Positions 1 through 11,034 of a stretch of 35,570 nt of DNA are shown in pieces (the first letter of the stretch is position 1; every line of letters begins with the position of its first letter). A program made the translations under genes and the position numbers. Under the pieces are notes generated by a model. It worked only from the letters and a program-made list of their open reading frames with translations. It ran no database searches and was not told where the DNA came from. Where the stretch lies: contig NC_068991.1 in NCBI RefSeq assembly GCF_001194135.2, forward strand, positions 44,992,512 through 45,028,081. The letters run 5' to 3'. This DNA comes from Octopus bimaculoides. Lineage: Eukaryota.

Positions 1-247
1 ATTCCTATCATAGTAGGTGCCTTAGGTATAATAAAAAAATATTCAGACAAATACATAACAAAAACACCAGGACTTACAAATATATATAACATACAGAAAA
101 TTGCACTACTGGGTACTGCACACATTCTACGCAAAACACTTTCAATACAGTAAACATAAGAGTACCACAGCAAACCACAGCACATACCCAAGGCGCACAG
201 AGCTGCGCTCGGTAGTGAAGTGAAAGCACGTTATAAAAATAAAACTA

Positions 248-304
<57 letters not shown>
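1..304 (+). mobile_element. 3' end of an R4/Dong-like (RLE-type) non-LTR retrotransposon: ORF C-terminus, 3' UTR and (AAT)n tail
   Basis: Frame 1 (1-153) reads IPIIVGALGIIKKYSDKYITKTPGLTNIYNIQKIALLGTAHILRKTLSIQ*, typical of the R4-clade ORF end. It is followed by ~100 nt of UTR and (AAT)n at 251-304. About 97% identical to the reverse complement of 3872-4086. Confidence 0.9.
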
Positions 305-307
<3 letters not shown>

Positions 308-334
308 AACAACAACAACAATACTAATGATAAT

Positions 335-1980
335 CTTTTCTTTACTGGCTACAAGGGTCAGAAGCAAAACAAAAAGTTCAATGCAAATACATGGAAGAGT
401 GAGGCTTAACACAAACACATATAAACAATATAAAAACTAACAATTAACAATAAAATTAAAACAGTAAAAATCTCCAAAAGTAGGGATCTCCATCTAGGGG
501 TAACCAAGGATTCCCGGTCACCTCAATCACCAACGATATCCCAAGCAGGCACCTCTCTTTTCTTCATTCTTTCCGGCCTAAAAGCGCATGTTCAGAGTAG
601 GCCCATTCACACAGACCAACCTCGTAACATTTATCGACCTTTCTGTAAATAAACTAAGGAACAACACTTCCATCTTCACCTTCTCTTTCATTTTCAAGTG
701 GAACTTGAAAATGTCGATGAGAGCTTCGCAAAAATAGAAAGGATCTGACTTCTGTCCATTCAATCTCGTCCACCACGCAACCTCCTCTTTCGCCATAGCC
801 AAAAGATAGAGGAAAACTGCCTGCTCTTTCCAGTTAAAAGAAAGCGGCAGGGTCTTCCTCAGAATGGACTCGGCCGATAACTGGATCCATCACGCGCGCG
901 TCAACAACTGTTCGACAAAGGTCAACAAATCAACAATAATAGGACACTGGACGAGTACATGCAAAAAGGTTTTATCGCTCTGCGCAGGGATTTCTGGAAA
1001 TTGTCCATAGGACCCTCTCCGAAAGTCCTCCGGTAAAGACTAGCCAAGTGATCTCCCCGACACCCAGAGATTCACCGAGGACATCACTGTTCCTACTTGT
1101 CACTAATTCCATATTGAGCTTCAAGGTGGAACATCTACCACGGCTGAGGACTCTGAGCGCTTGCAGGACCCGACCGGCTGAGGACTGTGAGCGCTTGCAG
1201 GAAATCCAGGTGCCAAGCGAATGGGTGAATGACACAAGCTCCGGAAAATAGTGTTTGACAAACGGCGATCACATCTGCCTACCGCCAAAGAAACGCTGGA
1301 GACGTCGCAGCCTCAACACATATGTGCATCATTAAGCGCGAAATGCTTAGTCCTCCACCGAGCGGCTTCTGACAACAAATGAACCGTCTGACGAGCTATA
1401 TCTGTCTCGTCCACAGAAAGCAGAAAAGTAAGTACTCCAACATGGTCAGCAACAAAGAAGGGCAGTAGTAGATGGCGGAAATGATGTACATATTCACCAC
1501 CTTCACCTGATAATTCAGGGACAAGTTCATCTTTATCCATTTCTGAATAAGACTAGTCACTCTTCCCGTCACCTACCCACCCGGTTCTTGTCCATCTGGA
1601 GGTCCGGACCAAATCAAACCCCGTTCAATTTAATCGGTACTTCCATTCAGCGCCCCACGACGCTGATGGGCAGCTTAGACTTATCTCTCCAAGCCCACCA
1701 ACTTCTGATTAATCTTTGTTCCTGTCACCGCTTCGTAATTCCTTACGATGGTGCCGAACTCCTCGATTTCTGAGATTCCCAACTCTATTACGGTGAAGTC
1801 ATCCGATTAAGTCGACACAAATCTACCGTATCGAAGTTTATGCGGGGTGCCCTCCAAAACATCTATTTTCTATAGTAATAGCTCTTGAGCGAGCATGTAT
1901 AGAACGGGCGAGATAGGCATCCTTGACGAACCGAATGTACGTTGCAAAACTATTCCGATAGGTGATCATTTACCCTGAAT
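335..1980 (-). mobile_element. Degraded Tx1/L1-clade LINE, copy A (RT domain 4 to 3' UTR, 5'-truncated)
   Basis: Minus-strand frames give VRQGC.LSP (~1920), VST*SDDFTVI (YADD remnant, ~1800), RVTSLIQKW...LF.FLW...CCQKPLGGGL, GPMDNFQKSL, QSDKTFLHVLVQCP (CCHC remnant) and the C-terminal AMAKEEVAWWTRL...FKFHLK ORF (578-802). Many stops and frameshifts. Confidence 0.85.
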
Positions 1981-1984
1981 GGTA

Positions 1985-3585
1985 GGGCAAATGCCGTCCC
2001 TCTTTCCTTCAATCTTAACCTATATGTACTTATTCAGGGAAAACCAGTTTACTAGAACTAGCATTTCTCATCCACTATCAACAAGTTTGCTGTGAGCCAA
2101 CATTTCCTTCTCCACACTCAATTTCCTTTTCAAGTGAGAATTGACGAGGATTTGCTCAAAGCAGAAATGTTTATCGTGAGGAGACAACCTTGACAGACCG
2201 AGCATATGAAACTGAAAGATTCTGCTAGGTGGCCATGTACCCTAACCACTGAGCAGCGGTCGCTGTAAATTCCAACGATCCAGTCGAAAGATGGAACCGA
2301 AACTGCTTGTCGTGAGGACAAACCGCCAAGAACTGGTGGTCGACACTATCGAAAACTTTCAATTAATCTAAATTTATACCTACCTTGTCTATGATGTATC
2401 GCAGGTCGTAGAGATTGTGGATAGATATATTTGAGATGGTGCATGTTTGTGCATCACCAATCAGACCTGAGATTACAAGCACCAACACCTTGGATAACAC
2501 CTTGGCCAAAATGTTGATATATGTGTTTATCAGAATTATGGGCCGAAAATTATCATTTGCGATTCCTCTTCATTTCTTATCAGCGCCATTGCTCCTTGAC
2601 TCACAGAACTGGAGATTCTCCCATTCTTCTGCTAATTGCGGTAGATATCTTTTCAAAAGTCGCCCAACTACTTTGATATAAAAAGTAGAACTCAGGGAAA
2701 ACCAGGCAATTTGCCTGTCGTGCAGCCAACCTTAGTTTTTCGTGTCTGCGCTGTTGTTTATTGGCTTCTCGCGGTACTCCACCTCTCTTGACGAAAGCTG
2801 CTACAGGTTGCTGAGGGAGGCAGTGAAATCCTGAACAGTCGAACAAAGTGCTGTTGGAAAGCCGTAACATATTATTGGTGTCGAGTAACATACACTTATT
2901 GTCGTCTGCTTAATATCGAATAGTGGTTTTACTGCCTCATTGTGTCTCAGTCATTCGGGCCCATTGAACAACTTTCATCCCATAGTATCTTAGAGCATGC
3001 GTCTTAGCTCTGGTAACGAATTGATTGAAGGCCAGCCTCTCCAAGAGCACATCGGTTGCTTTTCCTAAGTGCCTCTTCCAAGATTTTAAATAGGTCTCTC
3101 TATTCTTGCTTCTCTATCGTTATAACCTTATCGTTTCTACTCTAATGGCACTTTCCAGTGTGAACCATTTGTTGTTGGCAATAGTTCCCGTCAATGTCCG
3201 CTTAACTAATTCGTTACTCTGGTCTTTGTAAGCGTAGCTGGGAGTGACGCTTTCAGCTTCCAGTAGCTGGGTTCCTGTTTGCGAAACGTATGTCGACCAC
3301 ACAAGCCACAGAAACTTGCAATTTGTGTAGAAGACGAGTTTGAATTATGGATAACCTATGCTCTCTTTATCCCAATGTGGTTTATCCATGTTCACATCGC
3401 TACATTAGGAAATCCGTTCGGTATTTGTCAGATAGTTTGAAACTGGTTTCCAACTTCGCTGCTGCTCATATCCAGGACCACCAACTTACCTTCTGCGTTC
3501 AAGAAAATGGTCGGTATTATGAGATCCAGACCTTTTGGAAACAATTCAGCCATTCCTCCTCCAAATCCCTGTCAGCATGGAGATG
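1985..3585 (-). mobile_element. Degraded Tx1/L1-clade LINE, copy B (partial APE, linker, RT domains 0-4, then a jump to the ORF2 C-terminus)
   Basis: Shows FLNAEGKLVVLD (APE), PSYWKLKASL (linker), NFRPIILINT..ILAKVL, INLD*LKVFDSVDH (RT2) and VHGHLAESF..SVCQGC (RT4), then HLKRKLSVEKE...LNKYI* (C-terminus) near 2000-2150. Confidence 0.8.
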
Positions 3586-3595
3586 TGTAGCAGTA

Positions 3596-3806
3596 AGGCA
3601 GCGAGCTGGAAGAACTGTTCATATGCCGTGTAAACTGCTTTGTGGCAATTCACACGTCTTTACGTTCTACGTTGAAATTCCGCCGAGGTCGACTTTACTT
3701 TCATCCTTTCGGTGTCGATAAATTAAGTACCAGTGAAGCATTGGGGTAGATGCAATCAACTTACCCCCTCCACCTAAATTTCTGCCCTTGTGGCTAAATT
3801 TGAAAC

Positions 3807-3872
<66 letters not shown>

Positions 3873-3879
3873 CATTATT
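3596..3879 (+). mobile_element. Octopus-type SINE (family A, GGCGGCGAGCTGGCAGAA head) with (ATT)n tail
   Basis: Matches the other family A copies in the window (e.g. 20213-20433, 7582-7797). It ends CCTTGTGGCTAAATTTGAAACC followed by (ATT)n at 3808-3879. Confidence 0.8.
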
Positions 3880-6203
3880 CGGTAGTTTTATTTTTATAAC
3901 GTGCTTTCACTTCACTACCGAGCGCAGGTCTGTGTGCCTTGGGTATGTGCTGTGGTTTGCTGTGGTGCTCTTATGTTTACTGTATTGAAAGTGTTTTGCG
4001 TAGGATGTGTGCAGTACCCAGTAGTGCAATTTTCTCTATGTTATATATATTTGTAAGTCCTGGTGTTTTTGTTATGTATTTGTCTGNNNNNNNNNNNNNN
4101 NNNNNNNNNNNNNNNNNNNNNNNNNNNNNNNNNNNNNNNNNNNNNNNNNNNNNNNNNNNNNNNNNNNNNNNNNNNNNNNNNNNNNNNNNNNNNNNNNNNN
4201 NNNNNNNNNNNNNNNNNNNNNNNNNNNNNNNNNNNNNNNNNNNNNNNNNNNNNNNNNNNNNNNNNNNNNNNNNNNNNNNNNNNNNNNNNNNNNNNNNNNN
4301 NNNNNNNNNNNNNNNNNNNCTGGTATTGATACATCAATTAGAAAGCATTTTTTTCCTTCATGATCTTTGACAACTATATCTGGTCTATCGGCCTTAATTT
4401 CTTTATCTGTGTGTATTGGCATATCCCAGAGTATGGTTGCTTTCTCGTTTTCTGTGCCCTTTTCTGGCGTGTGTTTATACCATCTTTTTTCTGTTGTTAT
4501 TCGATAGTGTTGGCATAGCTTCCAGTATATATAGGACCCAGCTCTGTCGTGTCTGTGAATATATTCCTTCTTAGCCAAGACTGGGCAGCCAGAGATAATA
4601 TGATTTATTGTTTCTTGTCCATCGCTACATATTCTGCTGTTACTTGTTATGTTTCTTTTCATTATATGTTTTTGATAATTTTTGGTGGGGAGGCTTTGGT
4701 CTTGTGCAGCAATAAAAATTCCTTCAGTCTCTGCTTTGAGTCCTGAGCTTCTCAACCATTGCTGGGATTTTTCTCTGTCTATTTCTTTTGCATTTAGTTT
4801 AGCCAAGTATTTACCATGTAGGGGCTTTTCTTGCCATCGTTTTATCATGGTCCGTTGCTGTTCTAGTTTTAGTTTGGATTTCATTTGTTTTATAGCTTTT
4901 GTTGTTTCTTCTTCTTCTTCTTCGTATTTATTAGGCAGTATGATTTTTTGCTTGTATTTGTCAGCTTCCTTAAATACTGAAAACAGTTTTTTTGTTTTGC
5001 TCGTGTTTTGTGACTATTTGTATTAGTTTTCCTTGCTTCTGAAGTAGGTATTTTTGCAGTCCTATGGTGGTTATTTTATAATAGTTTTCCAGCTGTATAA
5101 GACCCCTACCACCTTCTGTACGTTGTATATATAGCCTTTCTAAGTCAGATTTTGGGTGGTACATCTGAGATCCAGCCATTATTTTTCTTGTTTTCCTGTC
5201 TATTTTAGATAGTTCGTTTAGTGTCCAGTTCAGGATATTGTAGCTGTAACTTATAACTGTGACGGCTAAAGTGTTAATACCTATTATCTTGTTTCTAGCA
5301 TTGAGCTCTGTTTTTAGTATTGATCTAGTTCATTGATTCCTAAATATTTGCATGGCTGGCTTTCGTCTAATTCTCTTATTTCATTGGCTTTATCTAGTGT
5401 GATGTTACTACTCTTAACTAGTTTTCCTCTTTTCAGGGTTGCTTTGGCACATTTTTCTAATCGAAATTTCATATCTATTTCTTTGGTAAATCCATGTGCT
5501 GTCTGTAGTAGTGTTTCCAGCTCTTTATCATTTCTAGCGTATAATTTTAGGTCATCCACATATAAAAGGTGGCTGATTATTTTGCCGTAGCATTTGTATC
5601 CGCATCCAGTTCTATTTAGCAAGTCAGTTAAAGGTGTGAGTGCCAGGCAGAACAGGAGTGGAGAGAGCGTGTCTCCCTGGAATATTCCTCTTCTAATGGG
5701 GATGGCATTCGTTTTCACGAGTCCCTCTTTTGTTTGGAGCTGTAGCACTGTCTGCCATTTATTCATAGAATGCCTTATGTATTTCATAATAATTGGTGCC
5801 ACCTTGTTTATGGCTAGTGCTTCGAGGATCCACGTGTGGGGAACACTGTCAAAAGTCTTTCGGTAGTCGATCCAGGCCATACTGAAGCCTTTCTTCTTTC
5901 TGTGGCTGTCTTCAGTTATGGCTTTATTGATCATTAATTGATCTTTACAGCCGTATGAGCCCTTGCAGCATCCCTTCTGCTCTTCTGGAAACAGGTGGTT
6001 ATTTTCCAGGTGCTTACTCAATCACTGCGATATTATTGCAGTAAAGGCTTTGTAGATTGTAGGGAGACAGGTTATAGGTCTGTAGTTTTGTGGTTTCTCC
6101 GTTTCCGTGGATTTGGGAATTAAGATGGTTTTCCCTTTCGTGAGCCATTTAGGCATTGTCTCTGGCTCTGCTAGTATGTTGTTAAAGTGTTCAGCCAGCT
6201 GAA
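3872..6203 (-). mobile_element. Young 5'-truncated R4/Dong-like non-LTR retrotransposon (RT, CCHC, RLE endonuclease, 3' UTR)
   Basis: ORF 5314-6021 has WIDYRKTFDSVPH, GIFQGDTLSPLLF, HLLYVDDLK and KYLG. Upstream, NYRPITCLPT is present. ORF 4072-4884 has the RIC...ETINHIISGC knuckle remnant, RHD and the PDIVV...LIDVSIP restriction-like endonuclease. The 3' end matches 1-250. Spans the N-gap 4087-4319. Confidence 0.93.
4087..4319. other. Assembly gap (others: 11035-11686, 14162-15001, 16374-16766, 22287-22296, 23108-23226, 32948-32991)
   Basis: Runs of N. Confidence 1.
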
Positions 6204-6281
<78 letters not shown>

Positions 6282-6317
6282 TATTATTATTATTGTTATT
6301 ATTATTATTATTATTAT
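6204..6317. repeat. (AAT)n immediately followed by (ATT)n (inverted microsatellite)
   Basis: Read directly: AAT repeats at 6204-6281, ATT repeats at 6281-6317. Confidence 0.95.
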
Positions 6318-6419
6318 CTGCTCGATGTGCTTTGCTCTATAAACTCGTAAAAGGTTTCTTGATTTTGTTGGAAATACGTTGTTTTGTTTATTTGTTTGTT
6401 TATTTATTTATTGAAAACT

Positions 6420-6588
6420 GGAAACCCATGCAAGATTGATGTCTTGCAAAAAGCAGCCTTATTGAGCACAGCGCACATCTTAAGGAAAGTATTATCTGAC
6501 TGAGGTCCTTGTTGTGACTTGACAGATGACTAAAAACTCCGTTTCATTTTTACCTATACTGTGTTACGAAAGAATAATAATAATAATA
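6420..6588 (+). mobile_element. 3' fragment of a second R4/Dong-like family with short (AAT) tail
   Basis: 6432-6503 reads KIDVLQKAALLSTAHILRKVLSD*. The 3' UTR differs from that of 1-250. The (AAT) tail lies at ~6572-6588. Confidence 0.75.
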
Positions 6589-6770
6589 GTTTAAATTTTG
6601 GCACAAGACCTGCAATTTTGAGGAGAGGGTAAGTCGATTACATCGAGCCCAGTGTTCAACTGGTACTTTATTTTATCAGGCCAGTGGGATGGAAGACGAA
6701 GTTGATCTCTGTGCGATTTGAACTCAAGATGCAAGGCGATGCAACTAAATATCAAATAACATTTTGTCCG
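6589..6770 (-). mobile_element. Family A SINE, diverged
   Basis: The reverse complement resembles the family A body and 3' end (AAATTTTGGCACAAG...GTCGATTACATCGA...CTGGTAC). Confidence 0.7.
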
Positions 6771-7581
6771 AAATTTATAAATTCTAACATGGTCGGGTCA
6801 ACTCCCAACATGCATCAGCCATTTACCCTCATAGTTGAGGCAATTTTTCTAGATTTGAACGTTTACCTTACCAGTCCTAAATGACCCGACCCGACTATTG
6901 AGACAAATCATCTTACAATGTTTTTTTTGTTTTACTCTTGTTTATTGTGTATAGCATTTATATTTTGTGTAATCGATTCTAAGTACTTTCTATTGATTTT
7001 GAAATTTGTTCTTCTATTGTCCATTCATGTTACTCATGTGGCAAATGGAAGAAATAATTTTCTTATAAGAAAAAAAAAAAAAAAAAGGAGAGACAGGAAG
7101 AAGGAAAGAAAGAAGAATCAGTGAATGAAAAATAAATAAATAAACAAAATAGAATAATTTCTGGGCCATTTTCCAGTTTTTACAAAATAATAGCAGTAAC
7201 TGAACTTATGTCAATCTATCTGTTCGTTGTTTTGTCTATACGTGTACGTCTCTCTATATACCAGTTGATTATTTTCGGTTATATCTATGCATATGTATAC
7301 GTGTGTGTCTGTATCTGTATGTGTGTGTGTGTGTGTGTGTTGCAGTATAGATATCTGTCTCGCGTCGGTCTATATAATACATGCATATTCATTAGGAATT
7401 ATTACAGATTTACATTATCTCTCTATGCGGTTTTGCCAATGCATTTATACGGAAACACACACACATACACGCACACACACGCACATACACACACACACAT
7501 TTACACACACACACACACACATTTACACACACACATACGCACACTTACAACGCGCATACATAGAGATATCATTATAGAAAT

Positions 7582-7797
7582 AATCTTTTCTACTTTAGGC
7601 ACAAGGTCCGAAATTTTGGGGGAGGGAGCCAGTCAATTAGATCGACCCCAGTACGTAACTGGTACTTAATTTATCGACACCGAAAGGATGAAAGGCAAAG
7701 TCGACCTCGGTGGAATTTGAACTCAGAACGTAAGGGCAGACAAAATACCGCTAAGCATTTCACCCAGCGTGCTAACGTTTCTGTTAGCTCGCCGCTT
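7582..7797 (-). mobile_element. Family A SINE, near full length
   Basis: High similarity to the reverse complement of 20213-20433. Confidence 0.85.
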
Positions 7798-8029
7798 TAT
7801 TATAGAGATAATTTCTACAATCTACTTATAAACCGCACAAACAATACTTACGTATCTATGATTTTCCATGAGTAAGGAAATTTTAAAGATATTTTATTTT
7901 GGAATAACTCAGTTAAAGGAAGCGCTGTACTTGTGTTCATGTGCGTAAGTATGTACGAACAGACGTAGATGCATTCAATGCATGTAGGTGTGTATGTATA
8001 CCAGTGCATCCGTATATATACATATATGT

Positions 8030-9470
8030 ATGTGTTTATCTCCAGCATGGAGATCTTTAATAGCCCCCCCCCCCACTACAACGATGCTTTGGCTAGGAGC
8101 GGATGTTCTGAGAAACTTAAGTAAGTGGACGAACCCCAAACCTCCTCTCCTCACCCCAAGAGAAGTAGGAAAAGGAAAACAATCTGGTATAACCCCCATT
8201 TAACCTAGAAGTTTCTATTAACGTAGCCAGGGGCTAGGCTACTCTTGCTTCGACAACATCGCACGCATCAACAAACGTAAAAAACTCACCCACAAAGCTC
8301 CGATTGCAGCCTGCAACTGCCTCTCAAGGGCTGTAGTATACAGAGTCACCCTTACACCACTCGATTGCATTACTAGGCACTACACGGGCATGACAGCCAA
8401 TGACTTCAAGGGAAGATATTCTTAGCACTTACATTCATTTAGATCCAGGGATAGAGAGAAATCCACTTCGCTGTCGCGATTTCTCTGGAGACTTCGTGAG
8501 CTCCGAGACGAAACACCCAGCATCAAATGGACTATAATCGACAAGGTGCTACTGTGTTTACACGGTGTCCCTAATTGCTAGCTGTGCCTCTGCGAAAAAC
8601 TGCCAACCTGCAGTATCCATCAACAAGAAATATATGGTATTGTATTACTGTTACCAGAGGTACATCCTTCTGGTAAATTTCAAGTCACTGCTTGCCGACA
8701 ACTCGGATATACCTCCTTAGTACCAACCACCCTTAGCATCACCTGCACCATGATCACAGTCATAAATTAACTCCTATGAACAACACTGTAAATCACCAAT
8801 CCCCAACACTTTACCATGCTTGTCTACTCGCATAATCTCACCCCTTGTACATCACCCCTTGTGCATGACAACACGAGAATACGTGCGCGCGCCCGCATGT
8901 GCGTGAGTGCGCATATGCATCCGCTTACCGTATACATGCGCACTCATGTGTGCGCACTCATAAACATGTGCACCCCTGCGTGTGTATATATTTTTGTGCG
9001 TGTGCGTGTGTGTGCCTTAGTGTGTGTGTGTGTGTGTGTGCACGCGTGAGTGTTTGAATGTACACACTGGTACAAGTACGGACGCATGCACGCTGGTATA
9101 TGGGCATACACATGTACATATATACATATATATCCCCACATCTACCACCCCTTTCCTGCTTCCTCCAACCACACCACCAGTTTCTTGTTCACCTCGCGGC
9201 CGATTTCCTGTTCACCATGCGATATTTACCAACTAATTGTTGTCGCTGAAATACCGACATCAAACTGCTATACCACGTGACCTTTGTCGACCAGTAATAA
9301 ACACTGACTTTCTTCAATCGAACTCTCATTCAGACCTCAGTGGCCGAAGACTAGTCAGACGCTTGAAACTCAGAGTACCAAGGACTCTGAATTAAACTCT
9401 TTTGATCTATATATATTGTTGTATTTCAGGATTGTCATTTTTTTATTTTCCTTTTTTCCAAATAAACGCA
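8030..9470 (+). mobile_element. Penelope-like element (Naiad-type), 3' part: RT thumb/linker, GIY-YIG endonuclease, 3' pseudo-LTR
   Basis: Translation shows EIFN.PPHYNDALARSG, RSRKRKTIWYNP, AVVYRVT...HYTGMTANDFKGRY..H..SFR, STSLSRFLW.L, IKWTII and C*LCLCEK, all characteristic of this PLE group. Downstream non-coding DNA contains a hammerhead remnant at ~9339-9398. Confidence 0.85.
9339..9398 (+). ncRNA. Degenerate type I hammerhead ribozyme remnant in the PLE terminal repeat
   Basis: Shows a CCGAAGA box (CUGANGA-like, 9344-9350), GAAA (9365-9368) and a perfect TCAGAGT/ACTCTGA stem (9370-9376/9384-9390). The cleavage-site register and a partial stem I (AGTGG vs AAACT) fit. Confidence 0.55.
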
Positions 9471-9721
9471 CGCACTATATATTGGTTCTTAACTTGTTTA
9501 ATACTGTTCTTATTCTAACTCATGTCCGTTGTCCGGAAATCTTTCGTCTTTAGAAGGATATATGTATATATTTGTAGAAAGTTTCATTAAAAAGTATCCA
9601 TTTTTCTGGAAGTTATGAAGTAACAAATTCGAAGGGTTCACATCCGTATTTATGCATGTTTATTTATACAATTTTTTCATTTCATGTTTATTTCATTCAT
9701 TGTTTGCAATGTTCTCTCCCC

Positions 9722-9780
<59 letters not shown>

Positions 9781-10459
9781 CACATACACACACACTGCAA
9801 AGCATACAGATGGGCTGCTAAATTGAAATCTCTATGTTGCTTTGAGGGGAAGGTAAAACTTGACAAACTGCCTGCCCCTCCATAGCTGTACTACCTTGAT
9901 ATTTGTTTAAAAAAGGGAGGTTATGACTAGTAAAAGAATGAAAGCAATATTTACTAAGCAAGTGAGCACTATTATACAAAGAAATATTTAGACATAAAGT
10001 ATAAAAATTATTAGAATTAGGAATCAAAAGTGAAAATATTATCTAGTGGCTAGCAGAAAGCCGCGCGAATTTACTGAACATAGACTGGTGCTCATTGACC
10101 TTCAGTATGGGCTTGAATGGATTGAGAGGCACATGATGAACTCTAGAAGGAAGCTTGGATGAAACTCATGGTGAAATAGCATGAAAAATATTGATTATGG
10201 TTAAGATTTCTTAATTAACAAAAGTTTTCATATGGAAACCTGATTTGGCAATATCACTTTCTATATTAGTGTATGCATCTTTAGTCAAATGATGAACTCT
10301 CTTATAATATGACTATGTGAATTGCTGAAATTATGGTATATTGTAAATGTTATGAATATTTGAATGACGGGAAAGCTATCCTACTTCCTAATATGCAGAT
10401 ATATTGTTCCCAAGACATTTGGTTAATTGGTTATATTTGTTTGAAACAGACAGAATGCC

Positions 10460-10652
10460 TCAAATTTTAGAGGAAGTGGTTTATTGATCAAATTGATCTC
10501 ATTATTTGGCAGGCACTTTTATTAACCCTGAAAGGAAGAGAAACAAAGTTTGCCTTAAAAGGATTTGAAACTAGAGTATAAAGAGCTGGAAGAAATACTG
10601 GAAGGTATTTTGCCAACGCTCTAACAATTGTGCCGCTCCACCATCTTATGCT
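10460..10652 (-). mobile_element. Family A SINE, old diverged copy
   Basis: The reverse complement of the head (GCTCTAACAATTGTGCCGCTCCACC) and a body remnant are visible. Confidence 0.6.
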
Positions 10653-10761
10653 TAATAGAATAAAATCTGTGAATGAATTTTGATGAATTTTTTGTATATA
10701 ATATGTGTGTGTGTGTGTGTGGATGTGGTTATGTATGCATGTATGTATGCACATATGTATC

Positions 10762-10888
10762 TTTCGTTTTTACTTGTTTCATTCATTTAACTGCGTCTAT
10801 ACTGGGGTACCGTTTTTAAGGGTTTTACGGGGACAAACAAGCTAACACCAGTTGAAAAGCGGTGGTGGAGTACACACACTCACACACA

Positions 10889-10930
<42 letters not shown>

Positions 10931-11034
10931 ACATATACCTTATATCTTTTACTTGCTTCAGTCATTAGACTGCGGCCATGCTGGGGCACCGCCTCGAGTA
11001 ATTAAAATCGAACAAATGGGCCCAAGTACTTATG
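10762..11034 (+). repeat. Two partial copies of interspersed repeat family B (TTTTACTTGTTTCAGTCATTAGACTGCGGCCATGCTGG...) separated by (CA)n
   Basis: The same motif recurs at 11744-11800 and 15186-15390, and inverted at 15735-15805 and 35440-35570. Confidence 0.75.

Noticed and set aside
8560-8610. Selenocysteine recoding in the Naiad fragment
   Set aside because: The in-frame stops I read in this copy are TAA/TAG, not TGA, and the copy is frameshifted.
7208-9280. His/Thr- and Cys/Val-rich ORFs (also 21303-21533, 34536-35216, 29320-29842, 31368-31721)
   Set aside because: Translations of CA/TG and trinucleotide microsatellites.
10030-10200. Short coding-like frame (LVLIDLQYGLEWIE)
   Set aside because: About 40 codons with no recognisable motif. 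It cannot be distinguished from chance.
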